From a virus (taxonomy: Duplodnaviria; Caudoviricetes), in the IMG/VR virus record IMGVR_UViG_3300035047_000295, positions 1 through 40,348 of that record: a stretch of DNA of 40,348 bases; one strand, 5' to 3'. The notes beneath the pieces were generated by a model. It was not told the DNA's origin and ran no database searches. It saw only the letters and a program-made list of their open reading frames with translations. The position numbers and the translations under genes were made by a program. This document shows, in pieces, positions 24,856-33,573 of the stretch (the stretch's first letter is position 1; every line of letters begins with the position of its first letter).

Positions 24856-25169
24856 TAACTAACAATTAATTATATCCCTTTGGCTTGCTCCAAAAATTTT
24901 ACTCAGCTGATTTTCAAATTTTTGACTTGGAGTATTGGCTTCCAAAAATCCCATCGTGCGGGTCTAGTATCTGTACCGCAGTGTTTCCTCCTTTCGTCTT
25001 ATTTACTTACCGCGGCCTTGTTTAAGGCTATGATCCGGTGTCATGGGCCCGAGCGGCTATGGTCTTAATTTCCCTCGGCTGGTGGAAAGATGTTTTTAAT
25101 GGGGTTTACTCACTGGATCCGTTTCCCCTGATCCTCTTTCCCGGATTAGGTATTTCCTATCCTGAATAC

Positions 25170-25198
25170 AATCTATCATAGTAAAATAGGTAAGTAAA
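25170..25198 (-). promoter_or_regulatory. sigma70-type promoter for the leftward arm
   Basis: TTTACT-17 bp-TAGATT with TG extension. Confidence 0.55.
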
Positions 25199-25268
25199 TA
25201 ACTTTTTTTAGTAAATGAAAAGTATATTTTGAATCAGAAATATAAAATGAATCGGATTCAGGACAATT

Positions 25269-25809
25269 GGTCTACTGATTAGACCGTTTGACTTTTTGCC
25301 CCTCTATATAATAAGGTATAAAATAGGTCTACAAAAAAGACCGACTTGTAGTGATCAGTACAGATTGGTACAGTTTTTAGACCGCAAATGTGAGATCAAA
25401 TGTAACGTACATTTTATTGCGTTACAAAGTGGAAATTTATGAAAGACGATATACAGGATGCGGATTCGCTGATATCTAAGTGCCCTCATATAGTTATATT
25501 AGAAAAGTGCGAATCAGTCTCTATCAGAGTTTCATTTCAGAAGCATAGCAGGACTCGGATTTTGAAGTTTTTCTCAAATCCAATAGGTGCATATAGGTAT
25601 TGAAAAATCTCAGCGTATCGCGCTTCTGCATTGCAGAAGTATATGCCTCTAACGCTGTAGACGGCCGTTTCGCTGATATACAGTAAAACCCAGGTATACC
25701 TATTAAGACGATAAAAAAGTCCGTTAAACGGCCGTATACCATATTCTGAAGTAAATTTGAGGTAACATCCTTATCTATCAACCCTTTTCACAGGTCTATT
25801 TTTTAGACC
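25269..25809. promoter_or_regulatory. Cluster of 17 bp palindromic operators GGTCTA-N5-TAGACC
   Basis: Copies at 25269-25285, 25326-25342, 25367-25383 and 25793-25809; a fifth at 33072-33088. Confidence 0.75.
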
Positions 25810-25956
25810 AATGCGAAATGGTTGTCTATCATACCTTTCCCGATAATTTATGAAATACGATAGGCAGAACTCGGATAGAAGCCGATTTAAACCTTATTAA
25901 TAGGGTACTATATATTTGACAAAACTCAGCCTCTATCGCGATATTTTAGAAATAGC

Positions 25957-26026
25957 CAAAAATTGTCATTTATACAAAAATTGTCATTTATACAAAAATT
26001 GTCATTTATACAAAAATTGTCATTTA
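25957..26026. repeat. Iteron-like tandem repeat, 18 bp x ~4
   Basis: CAAAAATTGTCATTTATA three times exactly, plus 16 bp of a fourth copy. Confidence 0.95.
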
Positions 26027-26092
26027 CTTCCTGAATCTGATTCATTGCCTGAATATTATTTATTTACTAAATCATATTTAGGCAATGAACTT

Positions 26093-26348
26093 TAATCAAA
26101 TAATATACGTAATTCAAATAATATACGCAGTTCAAATAATATATTTAATTTATTTCGTAAATCATTTTCATTTCATAAATTTTAATTATTTTGTAAATCA
26201 TTTTTATTTCGTAAAAGATATTTATATCATTAATCGTATACATAATATTATACTCATTTATATCATTAATCGTATACATAATATGATACTCATTTATAAC
26301 AAAAGTTATATACATAACATGATACTCATTTATAATAAAAGTTGTATA
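26093..26348. repeat. AT-rich degenerate 18 bp and 36 bp tandem repeats
   Basis: TCAAATAATATA units, ATTTCGTAAA units, then the 36 bp unit ATTTATATCATTAATCGTATACATAATATKATACTC x ~3.5 from 26220. Confidence 0.85.
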
Positions 26349-26387
26349 AGTATAACTTTATTTTACTGCATGCAGACTGTTATAAAT

Positions 26388-26582
26388 TCTCGTAACATCT
26401 CATAACATCTAATAACATCTCATAACATCTCATAACGTTACAACGATTCGTTATGAGTGAGAGAAGTAAGGCAGTCGTGCTCCTCTCACATAACGAATTC
26501 ATAACGAATTCATAACAATCTTCAATGTTATGAAGAACGTTATGAACGTTATGAACGTTATGAACATTATGAACATTATGAC
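26388..26582. repeat. CATAAC/GTTATG-rich repeat block 2
   Basis: CTCATAACAT x5 and GTTATGAAC repeats around the core AGTGAGAGAAGTAAGGCAGTCGTGCTCCT. Confidence 0.85.
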
Positions 26583-26670
26583 CGCAAATTCATTTTTATA
26601 AAAATTACTGCATAATCTCGAATTGCGTAAGTTATTGAATTTATTACTTATTTACTACTTTTTTTAAATA

Positions 26671-26699
26671 TTTACTTTCCATTAAAAATATAGTATTAT
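26671..26699 (+). promoter_or_regulatory. sigma70-type promoter for the rightward arm
   Basis: TTTACT-17 bp-TATTAT, with an IHF-like box upstream at 26628-26640. Confidence 0.7.
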
Positions 26700-26737
26700 T
26701 TAATACATAATTATCAAAAACTCAAAAGGATCTAGTA

Positions 26738-26953
26738 ATGTCATTTTCAACATTTTTTAAGCTTTTTAAAGATTTTGTCTCATTTACTCTTGCTATTGTC
26801 AGTATTTTAATTTTTTCGTACATTTTTTATGTGTGGTTTAAAAATCCCGAACTCAGCTACATGCAAGTTTTTAAAATATTTTTCTGGGAGATACTCGTAG
26901 CAATTGTGTGCTCGTGTCTTTCCACTTTTTTAAAAATTGACTTAGACCTTTAG
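26738..26953 (+). CDS. Small two-TM membrane protein
   Basis: AAGGA RBS; two hydrophobic segments. Confidence 0.65.
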   Translation: MSFSTFFKLFKDFVSFTLAIVSILIFSYIFYVWFKNPELSYMQVFKIFFWEILVAIVCSCLSTFLKIDLDL

Positions 26954-26961
26954 GAGGAGAC

Positions 26962-27156
26962 ATGAATTTGTATTCGTTCCGTGGAGATGAACTTTTTATG
27001 ATCGCGCTTATTTTTTGTATTTTTTCTGTGCTTATTACTTTTATTTGTCGTGAACTCGTTTGTTGGTACTTCAAAATCAATGAACGTCTTAAAGTTCAAA
27101 AAGAGATCAGAGATTATTTTATCGGAGGCCATAAAGAAAGCAAAAAGGAAAAGTAA
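26962..27156 (+). CDS. Small membrane protein
   Basis: AGGAGGAG RBS; TM segment then CRELVCWYFKINER. Confidence 0.7.
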   Translation: MNLYSFRGDELFMIALIFCIFSVLITFICRELVCWYFKINERLKVQKEIRDYFIGGHKESKKEK

Positions 27157-27348
27157 ATGACACAATTTGAAGGCAAGACTAAGATCTATTTTTGGCCAGA
27201 TGGCTTTTGGTGCTTTGAAGAAGATTTAGAAGAATGTCAAACGTCTAGATCTGATGATTTTGGAATTATTCACATCCCTGAAGAAATCGCATATGATGAA
27301 GAAGCCGTTGAACTTACAGTACAAAATCAATTAAACCCACTTTTTTAG
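27157..27348 (+). CDS. Small acidic hypothetical protein
   Basis: Coupled ORF with WPDGFWC...SDDF. Confidence 0.65.
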   Translation: MTQFEGKTKIYFWPDGFWCFEEDLEECQTSRSDDFGIIHIPEEIAYDEEAVELTVQNQLNPLF

Positions 27349-27357
27349 GAAAAGTAA

Positions 27358-27573
27358 ATGACAAAAAATTCATCTTCGATCAAATCTTACATTGTAAACC
27401 CGCCTGATAAAAATTCGCCTCAAGTAAAAACTTATTCTGCTAAAATTGTTAACTTGCAATCAGTTATCAAGACTACTCGATTAATCCAAGCTCTTCGAAT
27501 AACTGATGCGTTACGAGTAATTGAGTACGATCTAAAACAAGGAGAACGTGTTATTTCAATTTCCCAACTTTAA
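27358..27573 (+). CDS. Hypothetical protein
   Basis: AGGA RBS; in operon. Confidence 0.55.
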   Translation: MTKNSSSIKSYIVNPPDKNSPQVKTYSAKIVNLQSVIKTTRLIQALRITDALRVIEYDLKQGERVISISQL

Positions 27574-27583
27574 AGGAGTTTAA

Positions 27584-27799
27584 ATGATCTTTTATTACCG
27601 ACTTTGTTTACCGATTCGTCTTTTTGATTTTTATTTCTTTCCTCGAACTAAGTCTTTTCCACTTAATCCACTTAAACATAGGCAGTGGACAATTAAAAAT
27701 TGTCTCAAAGTCGTTCGTTCATTTTGGTTTCGTTTAATGCATCACAAGTCAGGTTGGGTAGCTCGTTCTTTAGCTAAAAAGAAAGGAAAAAGAGTATGA
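27584..27799 (+). CDS. Basic hypothetical protein
   Basis: AAGGAG RBS; ATGA overlap with the next gene. Confidence 0.55.
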   Translation: MIFYYRLCLPIRLFDFYFFPRTKSFPLNPLKHRQWTIKNCLKVVRSFWFRLMHHKSGWVARSLAKKKGKRV

Positions 27800-28332
27800 C
27801 CACTACGACTGAAATTTCAAATCTTCTTTCTCTTTTTTCATATAATCCACTTTCTGGAAAGTTTTACAACAAGCACAATCAAGAAATTGGGACAAAAACA
27901 AAAAGAGGCTACGTAGTTATTCATTTGAATAAAAAACTCTATTATGCTCAGATTTTAGCCTATCTTCACCAAGAAGGTCATTTTCCTAAACATTTTTTAA
28001 CTTTCAAAGATGGAAATCCGCAAAATTTACGGTACTCCAATATAGAAGAAGTTTCTAAAACTTGTATAGCTCGTAGAATAACTCTACGTTCTACAAATAC
28101 ATCTGGAGTCACTGGAGTCACTTTTTGCAATCAAACAGGAAAGTGGAAAGCGTATATTTATGTTAACGGAAAAAATCGATATCAAGGTCGATACGATTAT
28201 TTTGAAGAAGCTGTAATGGCTAGATATTTAGCTGAAGAAAAATATGAGTTTTTAAAAGACAATCCTAATTCAACGGCGGCTACATATGAATACAGAGAAA
28301 CCATTGAAACAATTGACCCAATCTCGGCTTAA
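27796..28332 (+). CDS. HNH-like endonuclease with AP2-like domain (catalytic His apparently lost)
   Basis: YNPLSGKF, FKDGNPQNLRYSNI, NTSGVTGV, KWKAYI and EEAVMAR. Confidence 0.8.
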   Translation: MTTTTEISNLLSLFSYNPLSGKFYNKHNQEIGTKTKRGYVVIHLNKKLYYAQILAYLHQEGHFPKHFLTFKDGNPQNLRYSNIEEVSKTCIARRITLRSTNTSGVTGVTFCNQTGKWKAYIYVNGKNRYQGRYDYFEEAVMARYLAEEKYEFLKDNPNSTAATYEYRETIETIDPISA

Positions 28333-28816
28333 AGAACTTTTAGAGTACAACCAACTTACAGGTGAATTTATTCACAAAACAGGAAAACACAAAGATAAAG
28401 TAGCAGGTTGTATTCAAAAGAAATCTGGCTACGTACTTGTAGGCATTAATAAAAAAAAATATCCAGCTCATCGTTTAGCTTGGCTTTACATGGAAGGCTA
28501 CTTTCCACTTGGATTTGATGTAGATCATAAAGATCGAATCAGACATCATAATGAGTGGAAAAATCTTCAACTTAAAACAAGATCTTGCAATTTGAAAAAC
28601 AGATCTCCTCGTAAAGGCACAATTCCCGGAGTCTCGTCAAAAGGAGACAAATTTCAAGCGTACGTTAACGTAAATGAAAAAAGAGTTCATCTCGGAACAT
28701 TTGATCTGTATTCAGATGCAGTTCTAGCTCGTTATGAAGCTGAACTAAAATTTTACTCAAGTTGTCAAGAGCACTCTTTAGCTGAAAAATATCTTCAAGA
28801 ACAGGGATTGATCTAA
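28286..28816 (+). CDS. HNH homing endonuclease with AP2-like domain
   Basis: LTQSRLKELLEY, AHRLAWLYMEG, VDHKDRIRHHNEWKNL and HLGTFD...AVLAR. Confidence 0.88.
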   Translation: MNTEKPLKQLTQSRLKELLEYNQLTGEFIHKTGKHKDKVAGCIQKKSGYVLVGINKKKYPAHRLAWLYMEGYFPLGFDVDHKDRIRHHNEWKNLQLKTRSCNLKNRSPRKGTIPGVSSKGDKFQAYVNVNEKRVHLGTFDLYSDAVLARYEAELKFYSSCQEHSLAEKYLQEQGLI

Positions 28817-31087
28817 ATGAAGATATTTATAGGCTCAAGTTTTAAAAATCGACCTACAGGAGAGCTCCTTTTACGAGAAGTAGATTCATTTCAAGATTTT
28901 TGTACTAAGTATCTGAAAACTTGCCGCAAAGGAGCAAAAAACGAGTGGTACATTACTATTGGCGACGATTACAGCATAACGTACGCAGACAGAGAACAGC
29001 ATCCAAATTCATACAAATATAACGACCACTATCATAGAAATAATGTCTCTCAAAAATCAGCGTGGCTTCTTCCATTCGATGGAGATAGTTCACATTCTGA
29101 TAAGAACTCATGTGTCCAACCTATTGAAGTTCATGAAATTCTTAAAAAGTTGAATTATACACATGTCATTTATACGACGCATTCTCATCAGCCGCCTGAT
29201 AAAATTAGATGGAGATTGTTCATTCCGTGTAAAATGACAGATAAACGCCAGTTAACAGCTTCGATGATGCATCTTCTTAAAGAAATCAATCATCCTGATT
29301 TAAAGTTATCTAATGAAAGTAAAACGTGGTCGATCCCGTGGTATTTGCCGACTAGAGACGATCCTGATGATGGCCTTTTTGAGTATTACTCGTACTTTAA
29401 TGGCAGACCATTTACAGCTGTAGACGGCGTTCCCGATACGTACGATCGTGATGAAGCGGAAAAAACAGACAGATCTGTTGAATCAATGATTCAAATTATA
29501 AAACAGGGAGCTCCTAATACAGGACTACACGAAGCAACACGTGATCTTGCGATGGGTTTCATAAAAGATGGTTTAAAACCAGGAGCTGTAAAAGCAATTC
29601 TCCACCAATTAACAGATCATTATGATATGTCTAATGCTAGACAGAAAGAGAATAAAAGTAAAATTGATGATCTTGTTGATTCTGCGTGGAAGAAATACTG
29701 CAACCCAGAAGTTCAAGACTGCGAATGGGAAGAGTCAGAAGAAAAAGAAGCAGTTTTTACAAAATATCCAGATCAAGGAGGAATGTTCGAAAAAATTGTT
29801 CAAGAATGTATGAAGTGGATGATTTTTCCTAATCGACAGATTGCAGTAACTGCAGCTCATGCGTTGATTTCCACTCTTGGCGGTAGAGTTTACAGCACTC
29901 CAGATCAAGGAGGTATTGTTTTAACAGCTCTTTTAACTGGAAGATCTACTATAGGAAAAAGCAATGTTAAAAAGTTTTGTATATTCGCTCTTAATAACTT
30001 TGATATTGGTTCTCATTCACATGAATTTATCGGAAGTCATTTTTATACTTCTGGTAAAAATCTTGTAAAAGAACTTCAAAAATCAGGCTCCTTGCTTTCT
30101 ATGAGAACTGAATCAGGCCAGTCTGATCAATCTCAAGCAGGTGATATGAAACGAGTTATGTTATATGAACTTGAGCTTAGCACTGAAAGTGGACCGAGAG
30201 GCTACATTTCTTCGGGAGGTCAGAACGATAAAATTCCTGCAATGTTTAGTCCAGCTATGACTACAATCAGAGAATCTGTAGCTCAAATTCAAGGAATCGC
30301 TGACTACGAAAATAAGACTTCTATAGCAGGAGTAGCTGGTCGTCGAAGTCATATAATTGTAGATCCTATAAAACATCCTAAAAATACTTCCTGCTCTACT
30401 TCTCTTTCTAAAGAAGTAAGGACTCTTTTAATTGAAATGTACAAAAAAGCTTCTGAGGATCATCGTAAAAATGTTGAAGAACCTCTTCCAAAGGAATCTT
30501 GGATCCACTGCAAGTACGAAGATCCTTCGTATATTCAAAAGAGAGCAGAAGAGTGGTTAGAAAAAGAAAATGAAGCTGCTAAAAACAACGAGCACTTTAC
30601 TTACACTTTTTATGGTCGACTATACGAACGAATTCCCGCCTATGCTTCTAGACTAGCAATCGCTGATAATCCTTTGATGCCAATAATTACGAATTCTCAT
30701 CTCGATATTGCAGAAAAAAGTTTAATAGCTGAATTAGAAGCTCATAAAGGAAGAGAAGAAAACGGAGAAACTTCAGGTCCGATGAGTGCAATTGTAGCTA
30801 GAATTAAGAGCTATTTTGAAGGTGATTTGACTAAGCTCAAAAATAAGCCGAAAACGAAGACTTTACAAATGACTCCACTTATCATGAGACGAGATGGAGT
30901 TCTTAAATGGAAATGCATCCACTTATTATTAGCTTCTTCTTCTGAAGAGTACAGGAATATGAAAGATTCGAAAGGTTTTCACCGGGATTTAGAAGAGCAA
31001 TTAAAAGCAGTTGACATTTTTCCCGTAACAGATACTGAAGCTAAGATTCGTTACGGATTCAGAGGTAAGATGTATCAGAGGATGTAG
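28817..31087 (+). CDS. Primase-polymerase (AEP-like) fused to a P-loop ATPase/helicase-like domain
   Basis: PFDGD, IYTTHSH and RWRLFIP in the N-terminus; TGRSTIGKS Walker A in the C-terminal half. Confidence 0.8.
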   Translation: MKIFIGSSFKNRPTGELLLREVDSFQDFCTKYLKTCRKGAKNEWYITIGDDYSITYADREQHPNSYKYNDHYHRNNVSQKSAWLLPFDGDSSHSDKNSCVQPIEVHEILKKLNYTHVIYTTHSHQPPDKIRWRLFIPCKMTDKRQLTASMMHLLKEINHPDLKLSNESKTWSIPWYLPTRDDPDDGLFEYYSYFNGRPFTAVDGVPDTYDRDEAEKTDRSVESMIQIIKQGAPNTGLHEATRDLAMGFIKDGLKPGAVKAILHQLTDHYDMSNARQKENKSKIDDLVDSAWKKYCNPEVQDCEWEESEEKEAVFTKYPDQGGMFEKIVQECMKWMIFPNRQIAVTAAHALISTLGGRVYSTPDQGGIVLTALLTGRSTIGKSNVKKFCIFALNNFDIGSHSHEFIGSHFYTSGKNLVKELQKSGSLLSMRTESGQSDQSQAGDMKRVMLYELELSTESGPRGYISSGGQNDKIPAMFSPAMTTIRESVAQIQGIADYENKTSIAGVAGRRSHIIVDPIKHPKNTSCSTSLSKEVRTLLIEMYKKASEDHRKNVEEPLPKESWIHCKYEDPSYIQKRAEEWLEKENEAAKNNEHFTYTFYGRLYERIPAYASRLAIADNPLMPIITNSHLDIAEKSLIAELEAHKGREENGETSGPMSAIVARIKSYFEGDLTKLKNKPKTKTLQMTPLIMRRDGVLKWKCIHLLLASSSEEYRNMKDSKGFHRDLEEQLKAVDIFPVTDTEAKIRYGFRGKMYQRM

Positions 31088-31113
31088 AAAGTAAACAAGA
31101 AAAGGAGACTAAA

Positions 31114-31335
31114 ATGGAAAATGACATGTATCTTTATGTTGAAATGTTTGATAGTTGGGCAGCTTTTAATGAATCAAATTACGGATGCTCAGTTCCTTCT
31201 GGTTGTCGTAGAATTGTGAAAATTAAACTAACAGAAGAACAAATTAAGCAACTTGAACCTCGTGAATGCGGCAGTAACGGAAATAATATAATGTATGAGT
31301 CTGTAAATCCACTTTGTATTCAGAAAGAGGTTTAA
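31114..31335 (+). CDS. Hypothetical protein
   Basis: AAGGAG RBS. Confidence 0.65.
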   Translation: MENDMYLYVEMFDSWAAFNESNYGCSVPSGCRRIVKIKLTEEQIKQLEPRECGSNGNNIMYESVNPLCIQKEV

Positions 31336-31569
31336 ATGTCTGAAATAATTAAGTTAAATCAAAAGGAAGCTGACGCTGCACAAGAGTTTTCTGATTTAGT
31401 TGCAAATGGAAAAATAACTCATGGAATGGCTTGTTATCGAACTCAAGAGGGAGAAATCCACTACTTGCTCATCAATTCAGCTCATCTTACTTACATCATC
31501 GGTTTAATGGAAAGATCTAAGATGTACATTATTGATATGTGTACACAAGATGTAGAAGAGGAGATGTAG
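31336..31569 (+). CDS. Hypothetical protein
   Basis: GAGGT RBS; abutting genes. Confidence 0.65.
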   Translation: MSEIIKLNQKEADAAQEFSDLVANGKITHGMACYRTQEGEIHYLLINSAHLTYIIGLMERSKMYIIDMCTQDVEEEM

Positions 31570-31908
31570 ATGAATTTCCAAGAAAATCTGACAAAATGCG
31601 CAGACATCGTTGAAGAGTGTTTTTCGTTACCTTTAAGAGATCTTGCAAAAATTCCGTGTACAAGAACTTTACAGCAGACACCTTACAGAGTTCGATGTGA
31701 TAATATTCTGATGTGGAATGCTTTAAGTCAAATTCTAGCTCGACACAAAGAATATCATCGAATCAAAAAGGATAAAGCATTTAAAGAATGTCTAGATGAC
31801 GAGCTCGAGAAAAGAGGTATTTTTGTTGTCAACGCTGAAGAGGCGTACATGAAGTACGAGACGAGAAGGAAGATGTACCAAAAACGTCAAAAACGTCAGG
31901 AGAGGTAA
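31570..31908 (+). CDS. Stand-alone paralogue of the primase C-terminal domain
   Basis: LAKIPCTRTLQQTPYRVRCDNILMW...RGIF...RKMYQK aligns with the primase C-terminus. Confidence 0.75.
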   Translation: MNFQENLTKCADIVEECFSLPLRDLAKIPCTRTLQQTPYRVRCDNILMWNALSQILARHKEYHRIKKDKAFKECLDDELEKRGIFVVNAEEAYMKYETRRKMYQKRQKRQER

Positions 31909-31929
31909 CAGAAGGAAAGGAGAAAGAGG

Positions 31930-32538
31930 ATGAGTTTAGACAGACTTTGCAAAGAATTAGAAACTGATCGTAAAAATTTATTAAAAAGACAGAAAAAACG
32001 AAATTCTTTTTATATTAAAACAAAAATAAATGAAATAAATAAAAAAATTGATTTAATAAGAAAAAGAGAAAAACTAGAAAAAAAGTATGAAAGTTTAAAA
32101 TTAAAGGGATTGAGAACAAGAGCAAAAGAATTAGAATTAAAAATAATTAAAGAAAAATTAATAGAAGTAGAAAATGAAGAAAATTTGATAAAACAAAAAG
32201 AAGAAAAAGAGTTAAATGATCCCTATTATTCGATTTGTAATTATGTTGAAACATTTTTTGAAGTAGATTTAACTAAACTTAAAAAAATTCCAAAAACTAA
32301 AGTTCTTCAACAAACTCCACTTCGTATGCGAAGGGATAGCGTTTTAATATGGAGTTTCATTCATTCTAAAATTAAATCAAATTCTAGTCTTAAAAATTTA
32401 TATTCAATTCTAAGCTGCTCGCCTGAGTTTGATAAAATATTAGAAGAAAAACTACGAGAACGAGGAATTTTTACAATTAGTAAACAAGAAGGCGTAAAAA
32501 AGTACGGCTTTAGAGGAAAATTAATTCAAATAAGATAA
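31930..32538 (+). CDS. Coiled-coil protein ending in a paralogue of the primase C-terminal domain
   Basis: FEVDLTKLKKIPKTKVLQQTPLRMRRDSVLIW...YGFRGKLIQ. Confidence 0.75.
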   Translation: MSLDRLCKELETDRKNLLKRQKKRNSFYIKTKINEINKKIDLIRKREKLEKKYESLKLKGLRTRAKELELKIIKEKLIEVENEENLIKQKEEKELNDPYYSICNYVETFFEVDLTKLKKIPKTKVLQQTPLRMRRDSVLIWSFIHSKIKSNSSLKNLYSILSCSPEFDKILEEKLRERGIFTISKQEGVKKYGFRGKLIQIR

Positions 32539-32560
32539 TATAAATAGATACGCAGTAGCC

Positions 32561-32726
32561 TAAGTATTTGATTTTATTAATAAAAATAAAAGGAAATAAT
32601 AAATTTTTAGAGTATTTCTTGGAAATAATGATAAAATGTTTAATAAAATCAATAACTTAGATTCATTTTTGAAAAGAAAAAAAAAAGTAAATTATTGATA
32701 AAATCCTTAATAAAATCAATAACTTA
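32561..32726. promoter_or_regulatory. Cluster of IHF-consensus sites in an AT-rich non-coding region
   Basis: WATCAANNNNTTR matches at 32561-32573 (minus), 32647-32659 and 32714-32726. The latter two lie within a ~31 bp direct repeat. Confidence 0.65.
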
Positions 32727-33145
32727 CATATAGTTTTAGAAAAAATAAATTTTCACTTTGATAGCCATGGGTGGCCATATGAGTAAAGGATTACACGCTG
32801 AAGAATTTGTTAAAAGCTAGCAAGAGGTGAACGAGCGTTCACTTTTATAGCTTTTTTATTATAATTATTTATTTTTATATATATTATTATCTATATATAT
32901 GATATGATTACAAATATTGGTAAATTTTCAGGAAATATTCAGGAAATAAAATGACAAAAATAAATAAATCTACAGCCATACGCTTGCTAAACCTTAAAAA
33001 TGATATCACAATGTGACAATATGACAAAAATGTCATAAATAACTTCATATTTTTTGCTAAACCTTAAAATAGGTCTAAAAAATAGACCAAAAAAGATTTT
33101 TAACTCAAGACCGCAAACGAACAAGAAGCAAAGGAGATCAAGAAA

Positions 33146-33556
33146 ATGGTCGAAGACGCTCAAGAAACCAGAAAGCCTAATTTATCGGACATCGTAGATG
33201 AACTGGTGGAAACAACGTATCATTTATTGAGGTGGCGGATCATTGCATCTCAGAACCGAGTTATCGAAGACGAAGAGAAAGCTCGTGAACTCGGTCTTCC
33301 TGAAAATTACTTTATTTTTGATCACACAGAATTAAACAAAATTGTTGATCTTGTGAAACCGATGTTAAAAGATGCTCAGAGCACTAGAAAGATTGAAGCT
33401 CAAACTTCTCTCGAAGTTATTCAGCTTTTACAGCGAGGAGAAGTTTCTGTTGAGGACGCAATCAAATTGATGAATCTTGTCAAATCAAAAGTGGAAGTAG
33501 AAGAAAAAGAGACTAAAGTCAAGATTCAGAAAAATATGTACGAACTTCTTGAATAA
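33146..33556 (+). CDS. Hypothetical protein
   Basis: AAGGAG upstream; 136 aa helical ORF. Confidence 0.7.
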   Translation: MVEDAQETRKPNLSDIVDELVETTYHLLRWRIIASQNRVIEDEEKARELGLPENYFIFDHTELNKIVDLVKPMLKDAQSTRKIEAQTSLEVIQLLQRGEVSVEDAIKLMNLVKSKVEVEEKETKVKIQKNMYELLE

Positions 33557-33573
33557 AAAATAAGGAGTAGAAA

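Noticed and set aside
26085-26405. 106 aa ORF rich in Ile/Tyr/Asn
   Set aside because: It is a translation of AT-rich tandem repeats and has no RBS.
25957-26582. Possible CRISPR array
   Set aside because: Units are head-to-tail with no unique spacers. The Cas4-like gene sits in a normal phage recombination module, with no other cas genes.
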